NCBI GenBank assembly: GCA_963663965.2
Contig: CAXXFK010000006.1
Span: 128,001 to 192,000, forward strand
Length of the DNA: 64,000 nucleotides
From: Sedimentisphaerales bacterium
Lineage (GTDB): Bacteria; Planctomycetota; Phycisphaerae; Sedimentisphaerales; SM23-30
Direction: 5' to 3'
Part shown: piece after piece, positions 31,284-41,175 of the stretch
Position numbering within the stretch: position 1 is the stretch's first letter
How the letters are laid out: the number at the start of each line of letters is the position of its first letter
The notes under the pieces: model-generated
Seen by the model: only the letters and a program-made list of their open reading frames with translations
Told to the model about the DNA's origin: nothing
The model's database searches: none
Position numbers and translations under genes: made by a program

Positions 31284-33371
31284 TCAGGGATTATAGCTGA
31301 AGAGCCATCTGGAAGAGACATCCATCATATCGAACATGTCTACCTGATAATCTTTAATGCCGTATTGCCCGTTAATGTCGGTCGGGCTGGCTGTCAGGAA
31401 AGAATTGCCTTGGATCCAGTCGGAAAGCAGGGCTAGAAAATCCTGGATATCAACGATGCCGTCAGCCTCGCCCAGCAGGCCGGTAATATCCCCGTTGATG
31501 GAATCACTGGTATATAGTGCTTTGCCGATACTCAAGACAAATTCCTGCAAATCTTGTAATTCGGCCTGGTTCAGTCCGGAGGTGATGCCATGTCGGTTAT
31601 TGGGATTGTGGGTGGTAAGGACTTCCATGATAGTGGCTGCTCCACCGTTTTGTAAATAAGGGGCAGTTCGCCAGGCCTCGGCCAGTGTGGGGACATCCAG
31701 CGGGCGGGTATCGTCCGGGCGGTTGGTGCCGACATCATACTTTATTTCCGAGATATAATCATCATTGGCAGAAGGATCGATGTAGAGATCGCCCTGGTGA
31801 CAGAATCCGCAGTGGGCTTTGCCGTAAAAGATGTTTCGACCGCGCTGGGCGCTCAGGGAATAATTGCCCCGCACCAGATGGGGACTTGGAACCGGGCGCT
31901 CAGAGCGCAGCCAGGCATTGACCGCAGCTTCTTTTTCCACCGGTATAGACATGAACTGAATGAACTTGAATCCGGCGTTGATCGCAACTTCCGCATTGGC
32001 TCGAATACCGGTGATCATTGCCGGCGCCGAATAATGAGCCAGGAGGAGGCTTTTGACATTGCGCGGGCTGCCCATGCCGTCATTCATCAGGTCCCAGTTG
32101 AGACCATCCATTCGACCATCGGGATGGCAACTGGCGCAACTGAGCCATTTCTGATAGCAGGTGTTGCCGTCATTGAAATATTGTTCACCCAGTCGGGCCA
32201 GGCTTGGTTGCTGAGGCTGGCCAAGCAGGAGTTTTTCCGATCTGGGATAGGCTTCAGTCAAATCAAAAGTATCCAGCGATTCAGAAAAATAATTGCCGAC
32301 CCAGACACTGTTACCGGCCAGGGCCAGGCTGCGGGGGCCGTTGCCCGTAAGCTGTACTCTTTTACGCAGACCGGCAAGAAAACCAAGGTCGCCGGGAACA
32401 TCATCGGCAGAGCTGGAAAAACCGCACGGAACCGCAGCGCCCGCGGCAACGCTGTCCAGCCGCTGATGCAAAGCGGGCCGGTCGATAACGCTGACTTCCA
32501 TTGAGCCGCTATGGGTGACACAGAGATAGTTGCCTTCACTGCTGCAGGCAATGGCCCATGGATTGGCCGCGCCGGCATAAACATCATCAAGCAGAACCGT
32601 ATTGACTTTTGTGCCATTGGCTATCTTGATAATACTGACAGCGTTATTCCACATCCAGCCACGTTCCAGTTGATTCGTAGGCATCTTGTAACGGCCGATC
32701 AAATGAGTGATATAAGCATATATTCCATCTGGAGACACGCAAACGCCTCGACCGCCCGAGGCGCCGTCATAAAGCGGGATGGTATTTATTATAGATCGGG
32801 TCGCGGTATTGATAATGGAAACCGTTATACTGGAATAATTATCGTCGGACGGTCCTTCGGGCAGATGGTGCACTACCACCAGCCGGGTTTCATCCGGAGT
32901 TAGAGCCAGCGCGATAGGCTCACGGCCAACAGCAATTCTCGCTATTTCCTGGTTAAGGGATAGGTCAATGCAGGAGATACTATTGTCAAAACGGTTGCAG
33001 ACAAAAAGATTCTGGTTATTCAGGACCGGCGACATGGGCGTGTGACCCACCGGGATAATATGGGTGATGCCCTGGCTTGGATCCAGAACGAAGACTGCGC
33101 CGGAACTAACTCCTGCGGTTATATAAACCAGCCCGCTTTCCGACTGGGCGGTGATCCCCAATGGAGACGCCGGCAAGGGAAAGACGCAGGTAATCTGGCG
33201 CGTGTCAGTGGCGTATTCCAATATCTGGCGGCCGGTTTTATCTGCAATATAAAGCGTGTTGGCATCCAAGGTCATGCCTGCAGGGGAAATATAATCATCG
33301 GCCTGAGTTGTGAGTGTCAAGATCATTATATAGATCAGGCTGAGCAATAATGTCCATTGGGTCGGTTTCAT
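31284..33371 (-). CDS. Secreted YVTN-type beta-propeller + diheme cytochrome c peroxidase-like domain (HzsB/HzsC-like architecture) + dockerin-like C-terminus
   Basis: Signal peptide; YVTN-like repeats (VGHTP, VGREP, GNGPR); two CxxCH motifs (CASCH, CGFCH); CCP-type 'VPTLAEAWRTAPYLQNG'; C-terminal D-x-x-G...VDxxD...WL repeats. Confidence 0.82.
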   Translation of the reverse strand: MKPTQWTLLLSLIYIMILTLTTQADDYISPAGMTLDANTLYIADKTGRQILEYATDTRQITCVFPLPASPLGITAQSESGLVYITAGVSSGAVFVLDPSQGITHIIPVGHTPMSPVLNNQNLFVCNRFDNSISCIDLSLNQEIARIAVGREPIALALTPDETRLVVVHHLPEGPSDDNYSSITVSIINTATRSIINTIPLYDGASGGRGVCVSPDGIYAYITHLIGRYKMPTNQLERGWMWNNAVSIIKIANGTKVNTVLLDDVYAGAANPWAIACSSEGNYLCVTHSGSMEVSVIDRPALHQRLDSVAAGAAVPCGFSSSADDVPGDLGFLAGLRKRVQLTGNGPRSLALAGNSVWVGNYFSESLDTFDLTEAYPRSEKLLLGQPQQPSLARLGEQYFNDGNTCYQKWLSCASCHPDGRMDGLNWDLMNDGMGSPRNVKSLLLAHYSAPAMITGIRANAEVAINAGFKFIQFMSIPVEKEAAVNAWLRSERPVPSPHLVRGNYSLSAQRGRNIFYGKAHCGFCHQGDLYIDPSANDDYISEIKYDVGTNRPDDTRPLDVPTLAEAWRTAPYLQNGGAATIMEVLTTHNPNNRHGITSGLNQAELQDLQEFVLSIGKALYTSDSINGDITGLLGEADGIVDIQDFLALLSDWIQGNSFLTASPTDINGQYGIKDYQVDMFDMMDVSSRWLFSYNP

Positions 33372-33425
33372 GGTATTCTCCTTGATATATCACACAATGA
33401 TAATATTTTCAGTTGTTATCCGGTT

Positions 33426-36400
33426 TTATCTATGCCATTCAGGGGCGTACATACTGGTAGCCTCTTCAAAAGTCGGTCTGCGACGAAAATGGGGATCAGA
33501 GGACCAGTAGGAACTGTGTTTGCCGTAATAAGTGGAATAGAACTGATAATTGGTATCCATCCAGCGGCACAGTCTCATCAGTTCGATATCGGTCAGGAGT
33601 TTGTAATGTTGACTGGCGATGTCGGTGGTCAGCATTTTTGGCAGCAGTTTGTTCTTGGAACTGTAACAGCCCAGCGATCTGGGGGGTAGATAGTCTCCAT
33701 TGTCATTGCCGCCGCCCACACCGGGTGTTATGGAGCTGAATTCAGGAATGGCCCGGCCGGCGATTTCCTTTGAAAGCAGCTGCTGATAGGAAATGCTGTA
33801 ATTGTTTGTCAAAGTACCACTGAGGTCCAGGCTGCCGGAAGGAGTGGCACCGCTGTGACAAGTAATACAATTTTTGTCAAAGATGGGCTGAATATCGGTT
33901 GGATAGTGAATAACCTGTTCCGGCCGGCCGTCACCGCCGTTTTCCGCCAGGTCACAGGGTTGGGGCTGGGATTGACTGGGAGAGCGCAGTACTGCCAGGG
34001 GCGCTTCTGTGGGTATGGTTGAAGCGGCTCGTCCCGTTTGTTCATGGCAACCGGTACAAGAACGGATTTCGCCGGGTTTGTAATTTACATAAGTGCGTTC
34101 CCGCTGAATTTCGCGGAAATCTTCATCCAGCGCCTGGAAGAAAATATTCCGGTCGGCAGGGACCATGAAATTGGCTGAACCGTCTGGTTCAACCGGTACC
34201 ACTCCCCATTGCACCCTGGTCCAGAGCGCGGAATACCAGCTATTGCTGGTAAAGTCGTTGGACCAGCGTCGTCCGGTATCCCAGTAACGCGGTATGGCTT
34301 CATTAATTCGCAACCATTTTATCTCGCCGGGCTCCACACCATCCATGCCTTCGTAGACATTGACCATGATACACTGTGCCTGATTCTGTGCCGCGTAAGT
34401 CGGATGTCGGAAGCCATATATAACTGGCGGTTCTGGACGGGGTACCACCGGAGTGGGCTGCCAGCATGAAGTTGTTCCATCGGGATCACGGTAAACATAT
34501 CGGTGTTTGCCGTCCAAGTCGATCAGGAAAATGGAATATGCGCCGGGGATATCGCGATAATGGTTGTTCCAGTTTTGTTTATAGGTGACCAGGATCTGGG
34601 TGGGATTGATTGGATAGGGATAGGAATAGAGAGGGCCGCCTACACCGTCCAAGTGCAGGGTGGAAAAATTATCAAACGAAAAATACCATCCTTCCTGCGC
34701 AGATCCCATCCGGACATCGGGCGTGATGTTGGTCAGACCTGCGGATGACCGATTGTCTTTGTTCAGATCGAATATCTGAATGGGACCCAGCACGTTGCCT
34801 TGGGGATAGTGCTGGGCGCTGACGAAAACAATCCGGCCGTCATTGCCGGGCATTTCCTGCGGGAACATATGTGAGCCGGTATTGTAATAGGAATTGGAAA
34901 TGCCAAAGAGTTCCTGGCTCTTGCTGCCGTCCGGATTCATGGTCCAGATGGTTTTGGGAGTACGATGGCCCTTGTCAATGTATTCCCAGCGGTGGTACAT
35001 CACCCGGCCGTCGGCAAGGACTGTCGGACAGAATTCGCTGACCAGGCTTCTGGACAGCTGTTCCAGTCCGGATCCATCGGGATTCATGCGGTGCAGCACC
35101 GGGGCCACCAGATGGGCCGATCCGCCGCAGAGTATGGTATGTTCGCAACGGCTGGAGGAGAAAATGATGCTGCCGTCGGGCAGATAAGCTGGTTCAACAT
35201 CGTCGGTATGAAAGTTCGAGGCATGGTTCCAGCGGTAGATTTTTTCCGCTTCGTCGACCGGGGGTTGAAGCACCTGCCGCAGGCCGCTGCCGTCCAGATT
35301 GCATTCCCAGATACGAAAGCCGGCGCCGGTATTATCCCGGTAGTCAAAGACGGCTTTTGTCGCGTCAAACGACAGCGTGAATTTATTGATGATTCCTTTG
35401 CCGCTGCCGGGAATATCTGCCGCGGTAATGACCGGCCGTTCCTGTCCGGTGCGGACATTATACAGGTAGAGACCGTTTTCACTGGAAAACACCGATGAAG
35501 GAGTGCCGTTATTGATGTAGGTATAGTAATGGTCAGAACGCAACGGCACATGTTTGTTGAAAATGATTTCGTCGAAGCCCAGTTCATCCGCTGTAACCGG
35601 ATTGGGTTCGGTTTCAAAACTCCACTGTCTGCCGCGGATTTCCTGGCCGTTCATGGTGACATCGACACGCCAGAAATAGCGGGTGTTTTTGGCCAGCGGG
35701 GACGGCGTGGGCAGGCATTCAGCGGTTTCGATGGTTCCCCCAAACCATTTAAAGTTGAGGTATGCCTCGGTTTCCCGCCGTTCCTGATCGGTCAGCGCCC
35801 GGTCATAAATGATAATCTCGGCGATCTGCTGGCCGCCGGAGCGGTAACGGTTACGGTCGCTGCATAGATTACTGGCTTCCACATTACCGGTGGTCACCAG
35901 ACTGATGACCGAATAATTTTCGGGAAGCGGCGTGCCTGAGCCGTTAACAGGGCTGCCGTTGAGCCAGGTTGAACCGTTTTTGATATTGACATGTGTGTAA
36001 GTGGCGTGCCAGATATTGGAAGTTGCCTCGGTTTCCGGTGTGGCCCGGTGAAAATGATAGGTATTGTCATCGCCCAGCAGGAAATTGCCGCCTTTCAATA
36101 CCCAGAACACCGTTCGAATGGCGCTGATGTTCAGATTGGCGCCGTCGGCGTTCATAAACTGCATGGACATGCCGGTATAGTCGCTGAGAGCCGGCCCGAA
36201 ATTGACGATAGACTTGCCATTGATGGTGGCGCCTGGATTGTAGGCCGGTTGTTTGGCGGCATCGGTCTGAACGGCATAGTTGCCGTCACCGGTGACATTA
36301 TCCCAGCGGCTGACTTTCTGGTTGGCGTCTATGGTCAGGGTATCCATATTAGAGGCATCCAGCCAGAATACCGGATTGGCTGCCGGAGAGGCGGTCCCGT

Positions 36401-37169
36401 CGCCGGTGTCCGATACCGCAAATTCGTGGATCAGCTCGAGGTTGTTCGATTCGGTTCCGAAATAAACTTTCTGATGGGTGGTCAGGCTGTGATAATCCCA
36501 TTTCAAGCTGGTTGCGGACGATACCATCGCTGCATTGTCGACCGGTTGAGGATCGAAGGCCGGGACCAGTTCATATTCGTCATAGGTAAGATACTGGCCG
36601 TGAATGACGGCCGGAGTGGTCGAGGTGTCGCCGGGAATATCCCAGGCGACAGCCATGTTGTCGCCTCCGGTGTTTTCCTTGTGCAGAACCTGCAGATAAT
36701 ATTTCTGGCCGGCAACCAAATCAATCGTTGCCGATTTTTGCGAGCTGTATTTATCCCATACATATTGACCTGTCCACCCATAAACAGAAGCGATCTTGAC
36801 CATATTGACTTGTGACTGGTCTGTGCTGAGCCACAGTTCGCCATAATCATCACAGGCCAGCCAAAAGGTATATTGGCCTGTCACAGGAGCAATCAGATAG
36901 CCATACACTATTTCGCCATAGGTTTCGGCCCAGTTCATGGTAACGGTAGAATCGCTCCAGGATACCGCTTCCAGTCGGCTGAGCGTGTCGCGCCCATCTG
37001 GATTCATTGGGAAGTTCGCATTGGAAGTCAGGCTGGTTATATTGACACCGGATATGCCGGTCCACCATGCCCGGCGAATACCGGCGGGATCAGCCTGCAG
37101 GGTGTCATTGATTAGAAAAACTGCCATGCCCAGCGTAAGTAAAACCAGTCTTCTCCTGAGAGTGTTCAT
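33426..37169 (-). CDS. Secreted hydrazine-synthase-alpha-like diheme protein with PA14 and LamG-like modules (paralogue 1)
   Basis: PA14 'GQYTFWLACDD...KENTGGD'; propeller 'DDVEPAYLPDGSIIFSSSR', 'GRVMYHRWEYIDK'; middle domain 'VPVEPDGSANFMVPADRNIFFQALD...PGEIRSCTGCHE'; 'IQPIFDKNCITCH'. Start placed at ATG 37169 after AGGAG. Confidence 0.82.
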   Translation of the reverse strand: MNTLRRRLVLLTLGMAVFLINDTLQADPAGIRRAWWTGISGVNITSLTSNANFPMNPDGRDTLSRLEAVSWSDSTVTMNWAETYGEIVYGYLIAPVTGQYTFWLACDDYGELWLSTDQSQVNMVKIASVYGWTGQYVWDKYSSQKSATIDLVAGQKYYLQVLHKENTGGDNMAVAWDIPGDTSTTPAVIHGQYLTYDEYELVPAFDPQPVDNAAMVSSATSLKWDYHSLTTHQKVYFGTESNNLELIHEFAVSDTGDGTASPAANPVFWLDASNMDTLTIDANQKVSRWDNVTGDGNYAVQTDAAKQPAYNPGATINGKSIVNFGPALSDYTGMSMQFMNADGANLNISAIRTVFWVLKGGNFLLGDDNTYHFHRATPETEATSNIWHATYTHVNIKNGSTWLNGSPVNGSGTPLPENYSVISLVTTGNVEASNLCSDRNRYRSGGQQIAEIIIYDRALTDQERRETEAYLNFKWFGGTIETAECLPTPSPLAKNTRYFWRVDVTMNGQEIRGRQWSFETEPNPVTADELGFDEIIFNKHVPLRSDHYYTYINNGTPSSVFSSENGLYLYNVRTGQERPVITAADIPGSGKGIINKFTLSFDATKAVFDYRDNTGAGFRIWECNLDGSGLRQVLQPPVDEAEKIYRWNHASNFHTDDVEPAYLPDGSIIFSSSRCEHTILCGGSAHLVAPVLHRMNPDGSGLEQLSRSLVSEFCPTVLADGRVMYHRWEYIDKGHRTPKTIWTMNPDGSKSQELFGISNSYYNTGSHMFPQEMPGNDGRIVFVSAQHYPQGNVLGPIQIFDLNKDNRSSAGLTNITPDVRMGSAQEGWYFSFDNFSTLHLDGVGGPLYSYPYPINPTQILVTYKQNWNNHYRDIPGAYSIFLIDLDGKHRYVYRDPDGTTSCWQPTPVVPRPEPPVIYGFRHPTYAAQNQAQCIMVNVYEGMDGVEPGEIKWLRINEAIPRYWDTGRRWSNDFTSNSWYSALWTRVQWGVVPVEPDGSANFMVPADRNIFFQALDEDFREIQRERTYVNYKPGEIRSCTGCHEQTGRAASTIPTEAPLAVLRSPSQSQPQPCDLAENGGDGRPEQVIHYPTDIQPIFDKNCITCHSGATPSGSLDLSGTLTNNYSISYQQLLSKEIAGRAIPEFSSITPGVGGGNDNGDYLPPRSLGCYSSKNKLLPKMLTTDIASQHYKLLTDIELMRLCRWMDTNYQFYSTYYGKHSSYWSSDPHFRRRPTFEEATSMYAPEWHR

Positions 37170-37219
37170 CGCATTCTCCTGCAAACTTATAGAGAGGTAA
37201 AATTGGAGTTCTTTATCGA

Positions 37220-40200
37220 TTACTTATGCCATTCCGGAGCAAACATACTGATCGCTTCTCCAAAAGTCGGCCGCCGTCTGAAATTGGGGTCTGAAGCCCA
37301 GGAATAATGATGTTTGGAGTAATAAGTGCCGTAGAACTGGTAGTTGGTATCCATCCACCGGCATAATCTCATCAATTCCATATCGGTCAGAAGATTGTGA
37401 TGCGGGTTGTCCGGATCATCGGTCAGCATTATGGGCAGCAGCTTATTCTGAGGGCCGTAGCAGCCCAGGCTCTTCGGCGGCAGATAAGCTCCGTTTTCGT
37501 TGCCCCGGTCTCCGCCTTGAATCTGGATGAATTCAGCTATGACTTTGCCGGCGAGCGATTTGGAGGTTAGTTGTTGATAGGAATTATTATAGTATAAAGT
37601 CAGTGTGTCAGAAAGATCTAGGCTGCCGGAAGGGGAGTCGCCGCCGTGACAGGAAACGCATTTGTTATTGAAAATCGGCTGAATGTCGGTTGGGTAATGG
37701 ATCACCTGTTCCGGTCGGCCGTCACCGCCGTTTTCTGTCAGGTCGCATGGCTGGGGTTGGAGCTTGCTTGGAGCCCGGGTCATCGCTATCGGAGTTTCTG
37801 TTCCGATGGAAGAAGGTGTTCGTCCCGATCGTTCATGGCAGCCGACACAGGAGCGGATTTCGCCCGCCCGGTAGTTGACAAAGGTTCTTTCGCGTTGGAT
37901 TTCGCGGAAATCTTTATCGAGCGCCTGGAAGAAAATGTTCCGATTGGCCGGAACCATGAAATTGGCCGAACCGTCGGTTTCGACGGGTACAACGCCCCAT
38001 TGCACGCGCGGCCACAGAGCCGATACCCATCCTGAACTGGATACGGACGGAGACCAGCGGCGTCCCGTATCCCAGTAACGCGGAATGGCTTCATTGATTC
38101 GCAGCCATTTCACTTCGCCGGATTGAATGTTATCCAGGCCTTCATAGACATTGATCACGATACATTGGGCCTGATTCTGGGCCTGGTATACCGGATGGCG
38201 GAAACTGAAGATGGCCGGCGGAGTCTTACGGGGACGCAGCGGGGTTGGATGCCAGCAGGACACCGTGCCGTCGGGATCCTGATAGACATAGCGGTGGTTG
38301 CCCTGCAGGTCGATCAGGTAGATCGCGTAGGCGCCCGGCACATTGCGATAGTGGGCGTTCCAGTCATGTTTGTAGGAAACCAGGATTTGTTCTGGATTAA
38401 CCGGATAGGGATGGTTGTAAAGCGGGCCGCCAACGCCGTCCTGATGCTGAGCGGAAAAATTGTCATAAGAGAAGAACCAGCCCGCTTCAGTGTTCTTCAT
38501 GGAGACATTCGGTGTAATATTGGTCAGCGGCGCCGAGGTGCGGGTATCTTTGTTTAAATCGGCGATCTGGATAGGGCCGACACAGTTGCCCTGCGGGAAG
38601 TGGGGGCCTGTGACAAAAACAATCCGGTTGTCGTTGCCGGGCATTTGCTGGGCGAACATGTGGGCGCCGGTATTCAGGTTCGAATCGGAGAGCCCAAAGA
38701 GCTCCTGGCTTTTGGAGCCGTCCGGATTCATTGACCAGATGGTCTTGCCAACCCGGGCGCCTTTGTCGATATATTCCCAGCGGTGGTACATCACGCGGCC
38801 GTCGTCCATAACTACCGGCGAAAATTCGCAGACCAGGCTCTTGGAAAGCTGTTCCAGATTCTGGCCCTGGGGGTCCATTCGGTAGAGGGCCGGAGAGGAA
38901 AGATGGGCCGAGCCGCCGCATAGAACCGTGTGTTCGCACCGGTTCGAAGAGAAAATGATATCGCCGTCAGGCAGATACGCCGGATCGATGTCATCGATAT
39001 GATAATTGGAGGAGCGATTCCAGCGGTAGATTTTTTCCGCTTCATCTTCAGGTTGCGCCAGGATCTGCCGCAGACCGGTTCCGTCCACATTGCACTCCCA
39101 GATCTTGAAGCCGTCTCCGGCGTGGTCACGGTAATCGAAGATGACTTTTGTGGCGTCGAAAGACAGAGTGAATTTCCCGGGAACACCTTTACCGCTGCCG
39201 GGAATCTGGGCGGCGGTTATGACGGGCCGTTCCTGTCGGGTCCTCAGATTGAAAATGTAGATTCCGTTTTCGGGCTGGAACAGCGAGCTGTTAGTACCGT
39301 TATCAATCACAGTATAGTAATGGTCCGAGGAATAAGGACGCCGTTTGATGAAAATGATTTCATCAAATCCCAGCTCTTCCGCGCTGACAGGCGCCAGTTC
39401 GGTCTGGAAAGACCATTCTTTTCCGATAGCGGTCTGATCGCCTCGCGATAGATCCACACGCCAGTAATAGCGGGTATCAAAGGCCAGTGGTGTCGGGTTG
39501 GGCATTATCTCCGCGGTTTGATAGGCGCCGCCAAACCATTTAAAGCTTAGGTAGGATTCGGTATCCAGCCGTTCCTGTTCGGTCAGGACCCGGTCATAGA
39601 TAATCACTTCGGCCACCTGCTGGCCGCCGGAACGGTATTGGTTACGGTCATTACATAGATTGCTGGCCTCTACATTGCCAGTCGTCACCACGCTGATAAC
39701 CGAATAAGTGTCCGGCAGCGCCGTTGACACGCCGTTGACGACTTGGCCGTTGAGGCATGTAACACCGTTTCTGATAGAGGCGTTTGCATAAGCGCCGCTC
39801 CAGATCGGCGCCGTCGAGCTTACATAAGGATCGCCCCGGTGAAAATGATAGCTGTTGTCATCTCCCAGCAGGAAATTACCCCCCTTAAGCACCCAGAATA
39901 CGGTTCGGATAGTATTGATATTCAGGTTGGTCCCGGCGGCGTTTTTAAACTGTAACCACGGACCGGTATTGTTGGCCAGAGCCGGGCCAAAATCGACAAT
40001 GGCATTGCCGTTAAGACTATCGGCTGCATAAAGGGGCTGCTTGTCGGATATGGTTTGTTCGGCATAGTTGCCGCTGTCTGTGGCGTCATACCAGCGGCTG
40101 ACCTTCTGTTCAGCGTCTTTCACAATCGTGTCTGACTTTGCCGCGTCCAGCCAGAACACTGCATGGGCAGCAGGAGTTCCGCCGCCAGTTCCGCCGCCGT

Positions 40201-41014
40201 TTAAAGGTCTTTCATCAATCAAAGTCAGATTGTCCGATTCCGTCCCAAAATAGACACGCTGATAGCTGGATGAACTGTGCCATGTCCATTTCAGACTGGT
40301 GTTAATTGAAGTCATGACGGCTTGGTTTTCCGGTTCAGGATTAAGCGCCGGGATTGGAGCCGAGCTGGCGCCCAGTTGATGAATGACCAGTCCGGTAACC
40401 TGGGGAGCCTTGCCGTTTGGATCCGATGAAATTGTGCAGGTTATCCCGGTAGCACCGCTAATCGTCGCGGTCAGCAGGGCAAAGGTCATATTTCCTCCGC
40501 CGAAATTATAGTCGATTCCGACCTGAGCGCCGGTGTTGTCAGCCAGTGTAATCAGACCCTCGTCAAATAATATATTCGAGCGCGGTTCATAGTTCATGAA
40601 TTGTAATCGGTAACTCTGGCTGCCGTCGAGGCCCGTAATGGTGACTTTAAGATTCTGGTCGCTGTTAGAAACATAGGCTTCTGTCGGCCAGACCGCCGGG
40701 CCCGAAGTGTTCAAATTATAATATCGAAAGCTGGCACCGCTGCCGGATTCCAGTTTAATGGCCAGGTTATCACCCTGAAAGACCGAACCACTGGTTAGCG
40801 GTTTCCAAGCTGTGAACGGTATGCCATCAAGGGTCGAATTAGCGCTGCCGCCCATATCAACCGCCTCCAGAAGCAGGCCGGTGTTGTCAAGTACCGGTTG
40901 TGAGTTGGATCCGTTGATCAGCGGAGGGGCATCAATTACGCCATGAACAGAAGTTAATAACACAGTCAGGATAAAACAAATGGCGATAATAGTACGATTT
41001 ATGATATTAGTCAT
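37220..41014 (-). CDS. Secreted hydrazine-synthase-alpha-like diheme protein with a novel N-terminal module and LamG-like module (paralogue 2)
   Basis: Collinear with paralogue 1 over the C-terminal ~1000 aa; CVGCH and CVSCH motifs; different N-terminal domain. Confidence 0.82.
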   Translation of the reverse strand: MTNIINRTIIAICFILTVLLTSVHGVIDAPPLINGSNSQPVLDNTGLLLEAVDMGGSANSTLDGIPFTAWKPLTSGSVFQGDNLAIKLESGSGASFRYYNLNTSGPAVWPTEAYVSNSDQNLKVTITGLDGSQSYRLQFMNYEPRSNILFDEGLITLADNTGAQVGIDYNFGGGNMTFALLTATISGATGITCTISSDPNGKAPQVTGLVIHQLGASSAPIPALNPEPENQAVMTSINTSLKWTWHSSSSYQRVYFGTESDNLTLIDERPLNGGGTGGGTPAAHAVFWLDAAKSDTIVKDAEQKVSRWYDATDSGNYAEQTISDKQPLYAADSLNGNAIVDFGPALANNTGPWLQFKNAAGTNLNINTIRTVFWVLKGGNFLLGDDNSYHFHRGDPYVSSTAPIWSGAYANASIRNGVTCLNGQVVNGVSTALPDTYSVISVVTTGNVEASNLCNDRNQYRSGGQQVAEVIIYDRVLTEQERLDTESYLSFKWFGGAYQTAEIMPNPTPLAFDTRYYWRVDLSRGDQTAIGKEWSFQTELAPVSAEELGFDEIIFIKRRPYSSDHYYTVIDNGTNSSLFQPENGIYIFNLRTRQERPVITAAQIPGSGKGVPGKFTLSFDATKVIFDYRDHAGDGFKIWECNVDGTGLRQILAQPEDEAEKIYRWNRSSNYHIDDIDPAYLPDGDIIFSSNRCEHTVLCGGSAHLSSPALYRMDPQGQNLEQLSKSLVCEFSPVVMDDGRVMYHRWEYIDKGARVGKTIWSMNPDGSKSQELFGLSDSNLNTGAHMFAQQMPGNDNRIVFVTGPHFPQGNCVGPIQIADLNKDTRTSAPLTNITPNVSMKNTEAGWFFSYDNFSAQHQDGVGGPLYNHPYPVNPEQILVSYKHDWNAHYRNVPGAYAIYLIDLQGNHRYVYQDPDGTVSCWHPTPLRPRKTPPAIFSFRHPVYQAQNQAQCIVINVYEGLDNIQSGEVKWLRINEAIPRYWDTGRRWSPSVSSSGWVSALWPRVQWGVVPVETDGSANFMVPANRNIFFQALDKDFREIQRERTFVNYRAGEIRSCVGCHERSGRTPSSIGTETPIAMTRAPSKLQPQPCDLTENGGDGRPEQVIHYPTDIQPIFNNKCVSCHGGDSPSGSLDLSDTLTLYYNNSYQQLTSKSLAGKVIAEFIQIQGGDRGNENGAYLPPKSLGCYGPQNKLLPIMLTDDPDNPHHNLLTDMELMRLCRWMDTNYQFYGTYYSKHHYSWASDPNFRRRPTFGEAISMFAPEWHK

Positions 41015-41116
41015 TATGGTATTATATCAAAATGGGGGGTGTTGATTCAATAGGATTAAAAAGCCAATCGAATAATCAAGGAATAAAACGAGAACGCAAG
41101 ATGGTGTAGCAAGGTA

Positions 41117-41146
41117 AAGCCGGCGGTATGCAGTTACCGCCGGCTT
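41117..41146 (-). terminator. Stem-loop (weak intrinsic terminator or mRNA stabiliser) inside the minus-strand cluster
   Basis: AAGCCGGCGGTA-N6-TACCGCCGGCTT perfect 12-bp stem, ~30 nt after the stop of the 41176 gene; only a short U-run on the minus strand. Confidence 0.6.
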
Positions 41147-41175
41147 GGTATTGAAGTAGATTTAACATGTGGTCA

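Noticed and set aside
31284..41014. True anammox hydrazine synthase / anammox organism
   Set aside because: The proteins carry PA14, LamG-like and dockerin-like additions, sit among glycosidases, and no hydrazine dehydrogenase or HAO-like octaheme genes are in the window. Only architectural homology is supported.
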